A DNA stretch of 63,952 nucleotides, the filler included, from Octopus bimaculoides (lineage: Eukaryota), in NCBI RefSeq assembly GCF_001194135.2. It is 5 parts of 5 records of this genome, joined end to end, with 100 filler letters (N's around TTAATTAATTAA, not from the genome) between each part and the next. Parts side by side here need not be neighbours in the genome. Positions count along the whole stretch, not along the records: positions 16,245 to 33,781 come from NC_068988.1; positions 33,882 to 52,201 come from NC_068983.1; 3 more parts are not named here. One strand, 5' to 3'. A program made the translations under genes and the position numbers. The notes below the pieces were generated by a model, which was given only the letters and a program-made list of their open reading frames with translations, did no database searches and was not told the origin of the DNA. Position 1 is the first letter of the stretch. Each line of letters begins with the position of its first letter. Below, piece after piece: positions 23,674-36,177 of this stretch.

Positions 23674-25822
23674 CCTGCGGTCATCCATGTATCTCTGCGC
23701 ATTGATGTAGATCTGTACGTAAGAGTATACATAAAATATAAAGCATCACGTGTCTGTGCGCGCGCACACATACACGCACACACATATACATATGTATATA
23801 TATCTTTATATTTACATGGATATGTAAATGTATAATATATATATACGCATGTGTTGCGCGTGCGCACGGGATTGTGTGTGTATGTGTTTGTGTGTGTATA
23901 GGCGTAGATTCGCAGTCACTTGAATCCAGGTTCGATCTCACTGCGTGACATGTCAATAACGATGTTAAAATACCACGAGAAAAGCTATTCCAATCGTGGC
24001 AATCACGTTGTTTATATATCAGGAACTATTTTATACACTGTAGCTCCTCTTTTGTTTCTATGGAAATGATTTGACTGAATACATTTGATGATGTTTTAGA
24101 AGGAAGAAAATTTAAAGAAATTTTCTACAAAGACCGGAACCATTGACTTCAACTACGTCCATTAATTTTCCTTCTGTGAATATTTTTTTTTCTTCTAAAC
24201 TTCCTCTTTAATTATTTTTCCCCACATTGCTCGACATTATGATGGATTACTTCTGGAGCTATAATATATTAAACCGTTATAAATGCTTGTTTTCGATTCA
24301 CAGTTTCTCACATATTTTTTTGCACTGTAAATATCAGTTGCTTTTGTCACGATATGTAAGTCGATACGAAAGCAAAATGTTTTTAAAGACAATTATTTCT
24401 GTATTGCTAGAAGTGTTTAACAAATGCTGGAAAGATTTTGTTTTATGTTTCTAAGCGAAATAGCAAGACTGCTGTAGCTTGGCGGGGAAATAAAGTAAAA
24501 TTCCGATTTAATTAAAAGACGATTTCATCGGTCTCCATCGTTGTACATTTGTAAAAAGTAAATGCATTAAAATTGAGGAACATCAGTGATTTCAGTTTAT
24601 GTTTTTGATTTGTTTTTAATTGTTTAATTAATTAGTAAATCGGAGGAAGAGGAAGGAAGGTGAGGAGGAGAAAGAATACTTCATTACCTCTGTCTTTCTC
24701 TCTCACTTCTGAAACTGATGCGATCGATATTCCTCTGGAATATTTGCTGGCAATTGGTTTGTAGTCAAAACGTGACGAGCAAGGGTCCTGTCAGAATATT
24801 TGTAAATGTATAGATTCCCTTAAAGAAAACCAACGGCTTGATGGCGGTCTTAAACCTAACTCTCTAAACCCAACAAGAAAAAAAAAAAAAAAGAAAAAAG
24901 AAAAACAGAAGAAGGGGCCACAGCGATTATCTTAGCACCGGCATTAAAAATGGTATGAGAGTACCTTGGTGTGCCTTCGACATGCTACTCGGATGACAAA
25001 ATTATAAAATTAACAATGCTCAAGGAATAAGTGATTACCAGATTACGAGAATGGTACTGTAAAATCCGGCCTTAGAGAATATGATTGTATTGGCAAAAGT
25101 GCTAAATTACTAAACAGACGTAATTATTTGTTCGGATGTCATTGACAAAGAAACAGAGAAGATTATGTAAATCTCACCGCAACAAAGGGCGGGAAATATG
25201 CGACGTACGGTTGAAAGTGATTTTCTCTTATGTTACGCTATATCAACGCGAACAAAAGAAAATATCAAATGCGAAAACGCTGAGAACAGCCAAGCAACAA
25301 GTAGACTCCGAACAGGCTGTATTTTAATAGTTTCTTTACACTCCAGCAACAACAACAACAACAACAAATGAAAATAGGAAAAGAAAAAATGCTTCATATA
25401 AGTGACAGCGAGTAACGAGATGGTTATAGAGTATTTGATGTTAGAAAAACAAACAATTGCTTTTGGGAGTTGATTTTGCTCAGTGTAAGATTTAGTGGCC
25501 ACAGTGTTAGCGAGGGAGAACTCTATTAGTTCATTGCAGTGTTTCATATGAGAAAGATGATAAAGTTTCACGTTACTTGTTGAATACAAATACCCAAAAG
25601 AAACAATGTTTATATATACACACACACATATACACACATACATGTAAACATATATATATACATGCATGCAAACATACATACTTACATACATATATTCTTT
25701 TATTCTTTGACATGTTTCAGTCATTTGACTGCGGCCATACTGCAGTATCACCTTATGAAAGAGAGAGAAAATGGGAGGAAGCACTGAAGGCCTCGAACAA
25801 AAATGACACTTGATATAATGTA

Positions 25823-25865
<43 letters not shown>

Positions 25866-26252
25866 AAATTTTAGGGAATAATAAGTGTTCCAGGTTATCA
25901 AGACATTTACTATTTTACACTTTACTAATGCATTGAAAACACTATCATTTATAATATTACTACAAATTTGGGATTTTACTAATAGAACCGCAACTCCTAT
26001 TTCAGGACAACCTTATTGTCTGGAATGCACATAGAAAGTTATATCCAAAAAAATATATAAACATTTTAAAACCTACTATAAAGTACAATAAAATTATTTA
26101 AAAAACTTATTAAAAAATATATATTGAAAAATTATATATACCTTACCTGTTATTAGTCTGTGGGGAAAGAAGCTATTTTTAATCAACGCTACACGTGTTT
26201 CTGAGCTGGTGGTATGTTTTTCCATGCTATAACTAATACATAAATTCTGAAC

Positions 26253-26871
26253 ATAAAAACATCCTTTAAAAAGAACAAAACGTACTCGAAAATATTCTCA
26301 AACAAAATTATCAGAGTGCACTATTCTACAACAAGAAACGTTAGTAATATTATATCCTCTATAAACAATGTCAAATTAATTAAATTCCATAATAACAATT
26401 TAACTAATATTAAAAATAGTTACGGAAGAAATATAACAAACAAAAAGCAACCGTATTTTAAATAAATGTAAAGATAAATCCAAATGTAGGCTTAATGATA
26501 ATTGCAACCTAGATAATGTAATTTATAAATGTAATGTAACCTCTAATAATAATAATAAGAAAAAAGAATATATAGGATCCACAGCGAATGAAATTAAAAG
26601 AAGAATTTCCCAGCATTATCAATCCTTCAAAAATCCCAAATTAATAAATTCGACAAGTCTAAGTAAATACATATGGGAGTTGAAATCTGATAAAATAGAA
26701 TACACTCTTAATTGGAATATCATTAGTAGAGCGAAGTCATATAGAATAGGTAATAAAATGTGCTTATTATGTACAACTGAGTTTATGAAAATACTCCAGT
26801 CCAAGAATATATTTAAAGAATATTACCTTAAAAAGAATAGACAGGCCACATTTAATATAACAAATCTCTAA
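26253..26871 (+). pseudogene. Penelope-like element: RT thumb/linker and C-terminal GIY-YIG endonuclease
   Basis: KIFSNKIIRVHYSTTRNVSNIISSIN, then from 26461 CKDKSKCRLNDNCNLDNVIYKC..EYIGST..KRRISQHYQSF..STSLSKYIWELK..LNWNII..YRIGNKMCLLCTTE. Confidence 0.85.
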
Positions 26872-26999
26872 ATCTTAAACACTAGAAAAAATTTCAGTTA
26901 TAGCAAGATTGTAGAGTATCTTGTTATTATTTCCCCTTGATTTCAACCTCTCTAATATTATTAGTCTTAGAGAATTTTTCAGAGTAGTTTATTTTATTG

Positions 27000-27324
27000 A
27001 TGTTATTCCCATAATACTTAGCGCATGACAGAGGGAGCAGCCATTTGCACAGGAACGAGAAGGAGTAAACATTATGTTGATATTCCAGACTGTGTCCTTG
27101 AGAAGGTTGTTCATTCCAGACTGTGTCCTTGAGAAGGTTGTTCATTCCATCCCTGGCCGTTTAAGGAAACTTGTTGACGCTTCCGATGCTTACACTGAAA
27201 TAGGAAGATCTAATTCCATTTTCCCATGTAATAAAGAAATGTATTATTTGTTTTAATAAATTTGTAAAAGGAAAATGGATTTTTTTACCAATCTTTAACG
27301 CTTACTTACTTTCCACCCACCCTG
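27000..27324 (+). mobile_element. Tc1/mariner-superfamily 3' end
   Basis: VHSIPGRLRKLVDASDAYTE matches the Tc1 C-terminal SMP.RL..V..A.G..T motif. Ends ..CCACCCACCCTG followed by TA. Left boundary approximate. Confidence 0.7.
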
Positions 27325-28019
27325 TACACACACACACACACACACACACACGTATGGTATTTTAATTACTACTACATGTTATTACAACATATATTACTAC
27401 TAAAATGAGGGAAGAGCATTCGCCGAAATTACAAAAGCTCGGTGGAGAGAATTTAAAAGGTGATCTAAAGATTCCTGGTTCGATACCTAGCATTGGCATG
27501 TTGATGAAGTTCAGCTTTGTTTTAGAAATTGTTACTAATTATTTACATGTGGACGGACAAGACAGAGAGAAATGTGTGTCTACTTTTGTGTGCCGAATGT
27601 ATACAAGTGTTTGTAAGGATGTATTCGTGTATGTTTGTGCTTTCTGCTTTATTGTTTTTTTTAAAACTATTTTCGAGTTGAAAACAATACTGCAGATTTA
27701 GGAAATGGAATATTCTTAGATCGCGTTTGCTGCTGTACACACACACACACACATACACACACACACACACACACACAGAGTCATACACAGAAATACCCCA
27801 CACTCACGCATATATGCATGCATGTGTATGTATATATATATGTGTGTGCGTGTGTGTGTGTGTGTGTATGTATACAGACACAAACACACACACTCACATT
27901 CGCACAAGCACGAGCACCCTACATCCACAATTTACTGTATTTATAAGCCATCATAATTACGTAAACATGTGTAGCACTAATTGTCTATCTCTGGAGATAA
28001 TATTAGGTGTGAAAATAGA

Positions 28020-28032
28020 TGCCACCTGGCGG
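28020..28032 (-). promoter_or_regulatory. Candidate CTCF-binding motif
   Basis: Minus strand CCGCCAGGTGGCA fits the CCASYAGRKGGCR core, in unique sequence between microsatellites. Confidence 0.35.
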
Positions 28033-28179
28033 TAGATATTGGTACTATGCTGTCAGATAGATGGCATATAATAGCAGGTTCTTCAGTTGGTGATATCTGA
28101 TAGCGATGGCAGTTGGACAACGAACGAAACAACAAAAATGGCAGAAAGTAAACAAAACACAGCGGCAGTAACAATAAAA

Positions 28180-28272
28180 TCATCATCATCACCGTCATCA
28201 TCATCATCACCATCATCATCATCGTCATCGTCATCATCATTATCGTCATCATCATTATCATCATTATCATTA
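28180..28272. repeat. Imperfect (CAT)n microsatellite
   Basis: Direct inspection. Confidence 0.9.
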
Positions 28273-28535
28273 TCACCCAGAATAATTACAAGACAATCTG
28301 GGAGTCCTTTAAGTGGGCGTTTCATCTACTAAAAATAACAGCCAAATTCTACCTCAAATCACAACCTGCAGTCTTAAATAGGGATGGATTATTCGAGTAA
28401 TGTAGTCGTAGATCTACTATGCTTGATAATAAGACGAGATGGTCGTGGCCGAAAAGCCATTGACCATAGATTACCTTACTCTGGACAGACCTGGGGTTAA
28501 ACAATAAGTACAACAAGTCAATGTGGAGTCTATGC

Positions 28536-28728
28536 CAGCGATTTTAAACTTCGTCTCCCAGGACTGCATGCGGCCCTCAAGCATCCTTCCGGCGGCCCTC
28601 GACGGTCTTCCCTCTATAAATATAACAAATTATTCTTTAATTGACTTATTTGACGTTTTGGTGCGGCCCCCTAAAAAAAATTCTGGTTTTGGAATTGGCC
28701 TGGATATTAAAAAGGTTGAGAACCATTG
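28536..28728. mobile_element. Degenerate hAT-Charlie-type MITE
   Basis: Left CAGCGATTTTAAACTT, right AGGTTGAGAACCATTG, internal GCGGCCC repeats. Flanks GTCTATGC/CTCTGAAG resemble the NTCTAGAN target but are not an exact TSD. Confidence 0.6.
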
Positions 28729-29260
28729 CTCTGAAGAGTGGTTCAACTTTCTCGCAGTAACAGCTAAGTTTCTCTTATACTAAACCCGACCGAAACAGTG
28801 CCCCAGCATGGTCGCAGTCCAATGACTGAAACAAGAAAAGGATAAAAGATAAAGACCAGTTGATCAGTTGTGACGATTGTATTCAGTGTGAAAAGCATAG
28901 CAGCTTCCTTGGGGATGGGAAGGTTTAGGGTTCGAACCATGAGCAAAAGTTGTACCATGAGCAAAATTTTTTTTCTTATAACTTCCAACCGGATGAAATT
29001 GAGTAAGCGGAAACTGTGTGGAATCCCCTCTGATGGATTGTTCTTGTAATCCAACAATTATAGCCTGCCTTGCCTTGTACACCGTATCACGGTGGTTCGA
29101 CTTGAGAATTACTCGAAAAGTAATATCTTCACTTATGACAAGTATCTCTTAATGGGCCAATGGCTATATTGACTTCCAGACTTTTCAGATGAGAATGCGA
29201 CACACCACACCTGTTATAGCTGGATTCAGAGGAGAAAACTTAACCCAGGGGACTTTTGCA

Positions 29261-29344
29261 GTGGCACAACCAGAGTACTTCCCTCCGTGGCACAACCAGA
29301 ATACTTTTTTCGTGGCACAACCAGAGTACTTTCTCAGTGGCACA
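29261..29344. repeat. Minisatellite, ~3.3 copies of a 25-26 bp unit
   Basis: GTGGCACAACCAGA(G/A)TACTT core starting at 29261, 29287 and 29312, partial at 29337. Confidence 0.9.
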
Positions 29345-30320
29345 GTCTACATAAAAGAGGTAAAACAAAACCCATGAGTTCGTACCTGATATCAATAAAG
29401 ACTACTTGATCTCGCTCAACCCTAAACTGTGATACTTAAAACACACTTCTTATGAAGCCACAATTATTTGAATTATAGGGGTTGACGCGGTATATTACTG
29501 GTACTTTCTTTCAGATGAAGATCTGATTTATAAAAAAAAAAAAGGGAAAAAGACCATCACAGCATCGAGATTGAACGTTGTTACTCCGTGTCACTTAGTA
29601 TTGATTTTTGCCAGCGCTCAACTTTGTAAAGATCGATATAATCATTGAAATCGATCACATTCCTCTATTCGAACTCGGAAGTGTGAAAAGGGCTTAACCA
29701 ACCCCGATGGGATTTGACGTAGGAATGTGAAGCAATGGACGAAACTAAATACCAGAAAGCATTTAGTCCAGCACCGAAGCGTTTCAGCNNNNNNNNNNTT
29801 TTAATGTTAAAACCATTGAAGAGATGGTCATGAAATTATGCCTACAGCATGAAAATCGGAACTAGGAAGTCTGTGGATTTTGTAGAACATAATAGGAATC
29901 ATAAATCTGGTTAACACATTCTTCATATCAGAATCAGATCAGTCAACCGCAATTTCAGTGATATCCTATGTCTATATATATAATATATATACATATATAA
30001 AACACACACACACACACATATTCAGCGTCTCAAAAGCTATCCTTGTCAAAAGCTTTTTCGTATAATTATTGTTTTTTATTGTTTGTTTTGCTCTCCTCCG
30101 ACTTCGTTTGTGTGTTTGTGTCGTTTGTTTTTGTTTGTTTGTTTATGGAATGATTTGTTATTTAACGTGTCTCGTTTTATGAAATATAATGACGGCCATG
30201 AAGTTCTTGGCAGGTCAGCGAAGGTGCTTTAATAAATATCACAGTCGCGAACGCACGCCGCTCATACGCACGCGCACAATACACGTTGAGACGCACACAT
30301 ACAGTTAAAACAAGAGTTTA

Positions 30321-30363
<43 letters not shown>

Positions 30364-31839
30364 GTATATGAGTGCGTGTATATACATGAATATATATATG
30401 TACACACACACGCACATTTATATACACTTATACATGCATATACACACATGCATACCTATGTGCGTTTCTATACATGTTTATATANNNNNNNNNNNNNNNN
30501 NNNNNNNNNNNNNNNNNNNNNNNNNNNNNNNNNNNNNNNNNNNNNNNNNNNNNNNNNNNNNNNNNNNNNNNNNNNNNNNNNNNNNNNNNNNNNNNNNNNN
30601 NNNNNNNNNNNNNNNNNNNNNNNNNNNNNNNNNNNNNNNNNNNNNNNNNNNNNNNNNNNNNNNNNNNNNNNNNNNNNNNNNNNNNNNNNNNNNNNNNNNN
30701 NNNNNNNNNNNNNNNNNNNNNNNNNNNNNNNNNNNNNNNNNNNNNNNNNNNNNNNNNNNNNNNNNNNNNNNNNNNNNNNNNNNNNNNNNNNNNNNNNNNN
30801 NNNNNNNNNNNNNNNNNNNNNNNNNNNNNNNNNNNNNNNNNNNNNNNNNNNNNNNNNNNNNNNNNNNNNNNNNNNNNNNNNNNNNNNNNNNNNNNNNNNN
30901 NNNNNNNNNNNNNNNNNNNNNNNNNNNNNNNNNNNNNNNNNNNNNNNNNNNNNNNNNNNNNNNNNNNNNNNNNNNNNNNNNNNNNNNNNNNNNNNNNNNN
31001 NNNNNNNNNNNNNNNNNNNNNNNNNNNNNNNNNNNNNNNNNNNNNNNNNNNNNNNNNNNNNNNNNNNNNNNNNNNNNNNNNNNNNNNNCCACAAGAGGTT
31101 GGACATATTGAGAAGGACATTATTTATTCAAGAAGGATGTAGCGAGTGTGTGTGTGTGTGTATACAGCAAGATATATTAAAGAGACAAAAGAATAACATT
31201 TGTTAGAAGCAAGTTTGGTGAAGTAGTTTTTGTAACTCTGCCACCGCTGGTTGTGTTGACGAGGTCAGACTTAAACAAACCACTTGTAACAGTTGAACAG
31301 GTTTTTACTCATCTGTTATATTTAACATTAGCTCAGCTGGAGATTTGCCAAGATGTTCGTCTGTAGTAGAAAACCACCTAAATGATGTTTTAATGATACT
31401 ATGTTAATTAATTAATCTTAAAGTGCAACTAGGCATGAATGTGTGGTTAAAAATATGGCTCCCAACTTAGGGGTTTTGTGTTCGAATCCAGCTGCGTGCC
31501 CTAGATATTTATCTTTTGTAGTAATAACCTAAATGAAGTTTTAACGGTTCTATTTTGATTAATTGGTCTTAAAATGCAACTAAGCATAACTGTGTGGTTA
31601 AAAGTTCGTTTCTCAATCAAGAGGTTTCGGGTTCGATCCTACTACATGGTGCTACATTCGGCAAGTATATTTTACCATAGTCAAAAATCAACCGAAGCCT
31701 TGTGAGTAAAATTTTCTTGAGGAAAACTGTGTAGAATCCTCCAGATGGGATGTTCCTGTACTTGAGTGGTAGAGTTAATCCGTGGCCCGATTAATCTCCG
31801 ACTGCCCTTTGCAGAGTAAATTTTATTGTGAGCTTTCAG

Positions 31840-31892
31840 ACCAAGGGTCCGGTCACTGGGCAACCTTCTCTTCTCCTCCTACTTGGGGCTGA
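31840..31892 (+). other. Candidate terminal coding exon of an unidentified host gene
   Basis: Acceptor TTGTGAGCTTTCAG|. In phase 1 it reads (D)QGSGHWATFSSPPTWG*, followed by unique UTR-like sequence with AATAAA near 32355. Confidence 0.3.
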
Positions 31893-32876
31893 CTCCGTGA
31901 CAAAAAGGTTATGAGTGTTGCGCTTTCTCCTCGGACTAGACGATAAAAAATATATCGTATTTTCCGGCACAGAAGTCCACGCAACGCATAGTGTAAACAT
32001 GGACTGTAAATATCCAGGCATCGTTGCTTTCTTTCCAGATCGTTCTGCATTTCACATGGAATTTTTGATCCTTCAGTGTCATCTTAATGGTCAATTCGAC
32101 CTTGCAGTTTTGACTTTAAATTTTGACCTAATAATTCCACATATATACGGGAAAATGTGGTTATCATAACAATGTGTTATTACAAACAGATGACGCTATT
32201 GATTTTTAGCTACCGAATATGGATTCGACGCCTGATCAGTGGGCTCCGTTTTTATTTCTAACCTTCAAGCTTATATTGTTGCTGTGTGTGGAAACGCTGT
32301 AAACCTACACGACATACGCTGAAACGCGTGTTTAGCCCCCCCCCCCCTGTGGGCAATAAAGAAATACATGTGACGCTCGGTAAAAGAAGGGAGTTGTTTC
32401 TTCATCGGAAACAGGAAGAACAAGAAAGTCCAAAGAGAAAGGACGAAAAATCGCCAACAGCCCACGTGCGGTTCATGACGAAGGGAAATAGCCCTGAAAC
32501 TCGAGTCGCCTTTATATATATATATTTATATTTATATATTTATATATTTGATCCTTTATATTGAACANNNNNNNNNNNNNNNNNNNNNNNNNNNNNNNNN
32601 NNNNNNNNNNNNNNNNNNNNNNNNNNNNNNNNNNNNNNNNNNNNNNNNNNNNNNNNNNNNNNNNNNNNNNNNNNNNNNNNNNNNNNNNNNNNNNNNNNNN
32701 NNNNNNNNNNNNNNNNNNNNNNNNNNNNNNNNNNNNNNNNNNNNNNNNNNNNNNNNNNNNNNNNNNNNNNNNNNNNNNNNNNNNNNNNNNNNNNNNNNNN
32801 NNNNNNNNNNNNNNNNNNNNNNNNNNNNNNNNNNNNNNNNNNNNNNNNNNNNNNNNTATATATATATATATATATA

Positions 32877-32937
<61 letters not shown>

Positions 32938-33444
32938 GTGCATGTGTTTGTATGTGTCTACATAGACCATTGTATGTGAGTGTATGTCTATCGTGTGTAG
33001 TATACATCCCATTTATGTGTATGCGCATGTACACGTGCACTATAATAGGTATGAATATCTTACGAATTGATTAAAATTTTTACAGAATTACTAAAATAAC
33101 AAGGGGCTGGCCCCTATGTAAAACTATAAACCTTGCTTATGAAAACATATCATAAGATTTAAACTTTCCCCTTCTGTTCACGCACGCACACACACACACA
33201 CACACACACACNNNNNNNNNNTGTGTGTGTGTGTGTGTGTGTGCGTTTGTGTGTATATACATACATACATATTTATTACATTTGCAAATACCAAAGCTAC
33301 GAATCTACGATTTTGTGATTAATTATTATTCACAAAGGACAGCGTTTGTTATTTCCGCCATACACACATATAGAATATATATACACATATATATATATAC
33401 TGTGCATAGCTTAAACAGGCGTCGTAGCGGGTGGCTCCTATTAG

Positions 33445-33511
33445 AGCGTCGACTTCTTCCACAAGGCAATGGATACGCAATACAAACACGAAGCGCCCAT
33501 TCCTCCCGCAG
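33445..33511 (+). other. Candidate internal coding exon of an unidentified host gene
   Basis: Acceptor CTCCTATTAG| and donor CAG|GTATT. The 67 nt read SVDFFHKAMDTQYKHEAPIPPA + 1 nt; CpG-rich relative to flanks. Confidence 0.3.
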
Positions 33512-33916
33512 GTATTATTTCACTGCACTCGCTACAACATCTGCAATAACAAACAGAGCAATCAATTTTCTCATTGCAAATTTATTTAGTAATGACAGAG
33601 CAAAAGGAAAACCACAAGAGGTTGGACATATTGAGAAGGACATTATTTATTCAAGAAGGATGTAGCGAGTGTGTGTGTGTGTGTATACAGCAAGATATAT
33701 TAAAGAGACAAAAGAATAACATTTGTTAGAAGCAAGTTTGGTGAAGTAGTTTTTGTAACTCTGCCACCGCTGGTTGTGTTGNNNNNNNNNNNNNNNNNNN
33801 NNNNNNNNNNNNNNNNNNNNNNNNNTTAATTAATTAANNNNNNNNNNNNNNNNNNNNNNNNNNNNNNNNNNNNNNNNNNNNCACACACATACATACATAC
33901 ATACATACATACATAA

Positions 33917-34231
33917 GCGTGGCTTAGTGGTTCGGTTATTCGGCTCACGATCTTAAGGTCGTGAGTTCAATTCCCGGCGACGCGTTGTGTCCTTCAGCAA
34001 GACACTATTTCACGTTGCGCCAGTCCACTCAGCTGGCAAAAATTAGTAGTATCTGTATTTTAAAGGGCCAGCCTTGTTATGCTCTGTGTCACGCTGAGTT
34101 TCCCTGAGAACTACGTCAAGGGTACATGTGTCTGTGGAGTGCTCAGCCACATGCACGTTAATTTCACGAGCAAGCTGTTCCGTTGATCGCATCAACTGGG
34201 ACCCTCGTCATCGTAACCGACGGAGTGCCAG
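33917..34231 (+). mobile_element. tRNA-derived SINE sharing its 3' half with 4515-4880
   Basis: A box TGGCTTAGTGG, B box GAGTTCAATTCC. The 3' part GTGTCTGTGGAGTGCTCAGCCAC..GACGGAGTGCCA is near-identical to the 4515 copy. Confidence 0.85.
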
Positions 34232-34240
34232 TTATATATG

Positions 34241-34281
<41 letters not shown>

Positions 34282-36177
34282 GTATACACATACATAGATA
34301 CATACATATACGACGGGCTTCTTACAGTTTGCGTCAACCAAAATTAGTAACAAGTTTTTGGTTGGTTATTGTAGAAGACATTTGCCCAGGTGGAACTGAA
34401 CATATGGAAATAAACGCAACGAATATAATACAGATCTACCTTTTGATGAAGGACAAGTCAATATTTCCTTTTTATATTTTCATATATTTAAATTTTTTCA
34501 TATATGAGGGAAAAGGTACAAAACTGATATTGTTTTCCCGTTATTTTTTAAATATTATTTGAATGGGTGAAAAGTTATGTTTTGACTCGTGCATTTGCGA
34601 TAGGTTTCTAATTACGATAGATACTTACACAAACGCACATGGTACCACTGAATGGCGCCTTGGGAAAGTGTCTTCTACCATAGGATACACATCAGAGAGA
34701 GACAGAATGGGCTAAACAGAACAAGAGGAGACGTGGAATGGAGAATTGCTGAAGCGGTCACAGGATGTGTGACGAAAGCTTTCCTGACAATGGACATAAA
34801 ATTAGAACAATAATAAACAAGTGAAGAACGAATACATAGTGCGTGTGTTTATTTGGCAAGAAGAAGATGACTATACCGAAATATAACAATATACACACAC
34901 ACACACACATTAGAGAGAAAGAATGAACAGGCAAAAACATAGTATCACTTTAGAACATGGGATTTATAATTCAAATATAATTACACACACACACACACAC
35001 ACACACACATACCCATACGTTATCAAAGTTCGCATTGCACCTTTAGCTAGGTTGTTGGCCGAGTTAAGTGTGAAACCCAGAGTGTCTGAGTATAAACTTA
35101 AAGCTTAATCGAAACTTCTTGAAAATTTGATGAAGTAATAAGGTAGTACTCAGGCACTCAACTATGAGTCGATTGCATCTTATAGAAAAAACAGTTCTAA
35201 GTTAACANNNNNNNNNNNNNNNNNNNNNNNNNNNNNNNNNNNNNNNNNNNNNNNNNNNNNNNNNNNNNNNNNNNNNNNNNNNNNNNNNNNNNNNNNNNNN
35301 NNNNNNNNNNNNNNNNNNNNNNNNNNNNNNNNNNNNNNNNNNNNNNNNNNNNNNNNNNNNNNNNNNNNNNNNNNNNNNNNNNNNNNNNNNNNNNNNNNNN
35401 NNNNNNNNNNNNNNNNNNNNNNNNNNNNNNNNNNNNNNNNNNNNNNNNNNNNNNNNNNNNNNNNNNNNNNNNNNNNNNNNNNNNNNNNNNNNNNNNNNNN
35501 NNNNNNNNNNNNNNNNNNNNNNNNNNNNNNNNNNNNNNNNNNNNNNNNNNNNNNNNNNNNNNNNNNNNNNNNNNNNNNNNNNNNNNNNNNNNNNNNNNNN
35601 NNNNNNNNNNNNNNNNNNNNNNNNNNNNNNNNNNNNNNNNNNNNNNNNNNNNNNNNNNNNNNNNNNNNNNNNNNNNNNNNNNNNNNNNNNNNNNNNNNNN
35701 NNNNNNNNNNNNNNNNNNNNNNNNNNNNNNNNNNNNNNNNNNNNNNNNNNNNNNNNNNNNNNNNNNNNNNNNNNNNNNNNNNNNNNNNNNNNNNNNNNNN
35801 NNNNNNNNNNNNNNNNNNNNNNNNNNNNNNNNNNNNNNNNNNNNNNNNNNNNNNNNNNNNNNNNNNNNNNNNNNNNNNNNNNNNNNNNNNNNNNNNNNNN
35901 NNNNNNNNNNNNNNNNNNNNNNNNNNNNNNNNNNNNNNNNNNNNNNNNNNNNNNNNNNNNNNNNNNNNNNNNNNNNNNNNNNNNNNNNNNNNNNNNNNNN
36001 NNNNNNNNNNNNNNNNNNNNNNNNNNNNNNNNNNNNNNNNNNNNNNNNNNNNNNNNNNNNNNNNNNNNNNNNNNNNNNNNNNNNNNNNNNNNNNNNNNNN
36101 NNNNNNNNNNNNNNNNNNNNNNNNNNNNNNNNNNNNNNNNNNNNNNNNNNNNNNNNNNNNNNNNNNNNNNNNNNNNG

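Noticed and set aside
29261-29344. CRISPR-like repeat-spacer array
   Set aside because: The variable parts are only 5-6 nt, the context is eukaryotic, and there are no cas genes.
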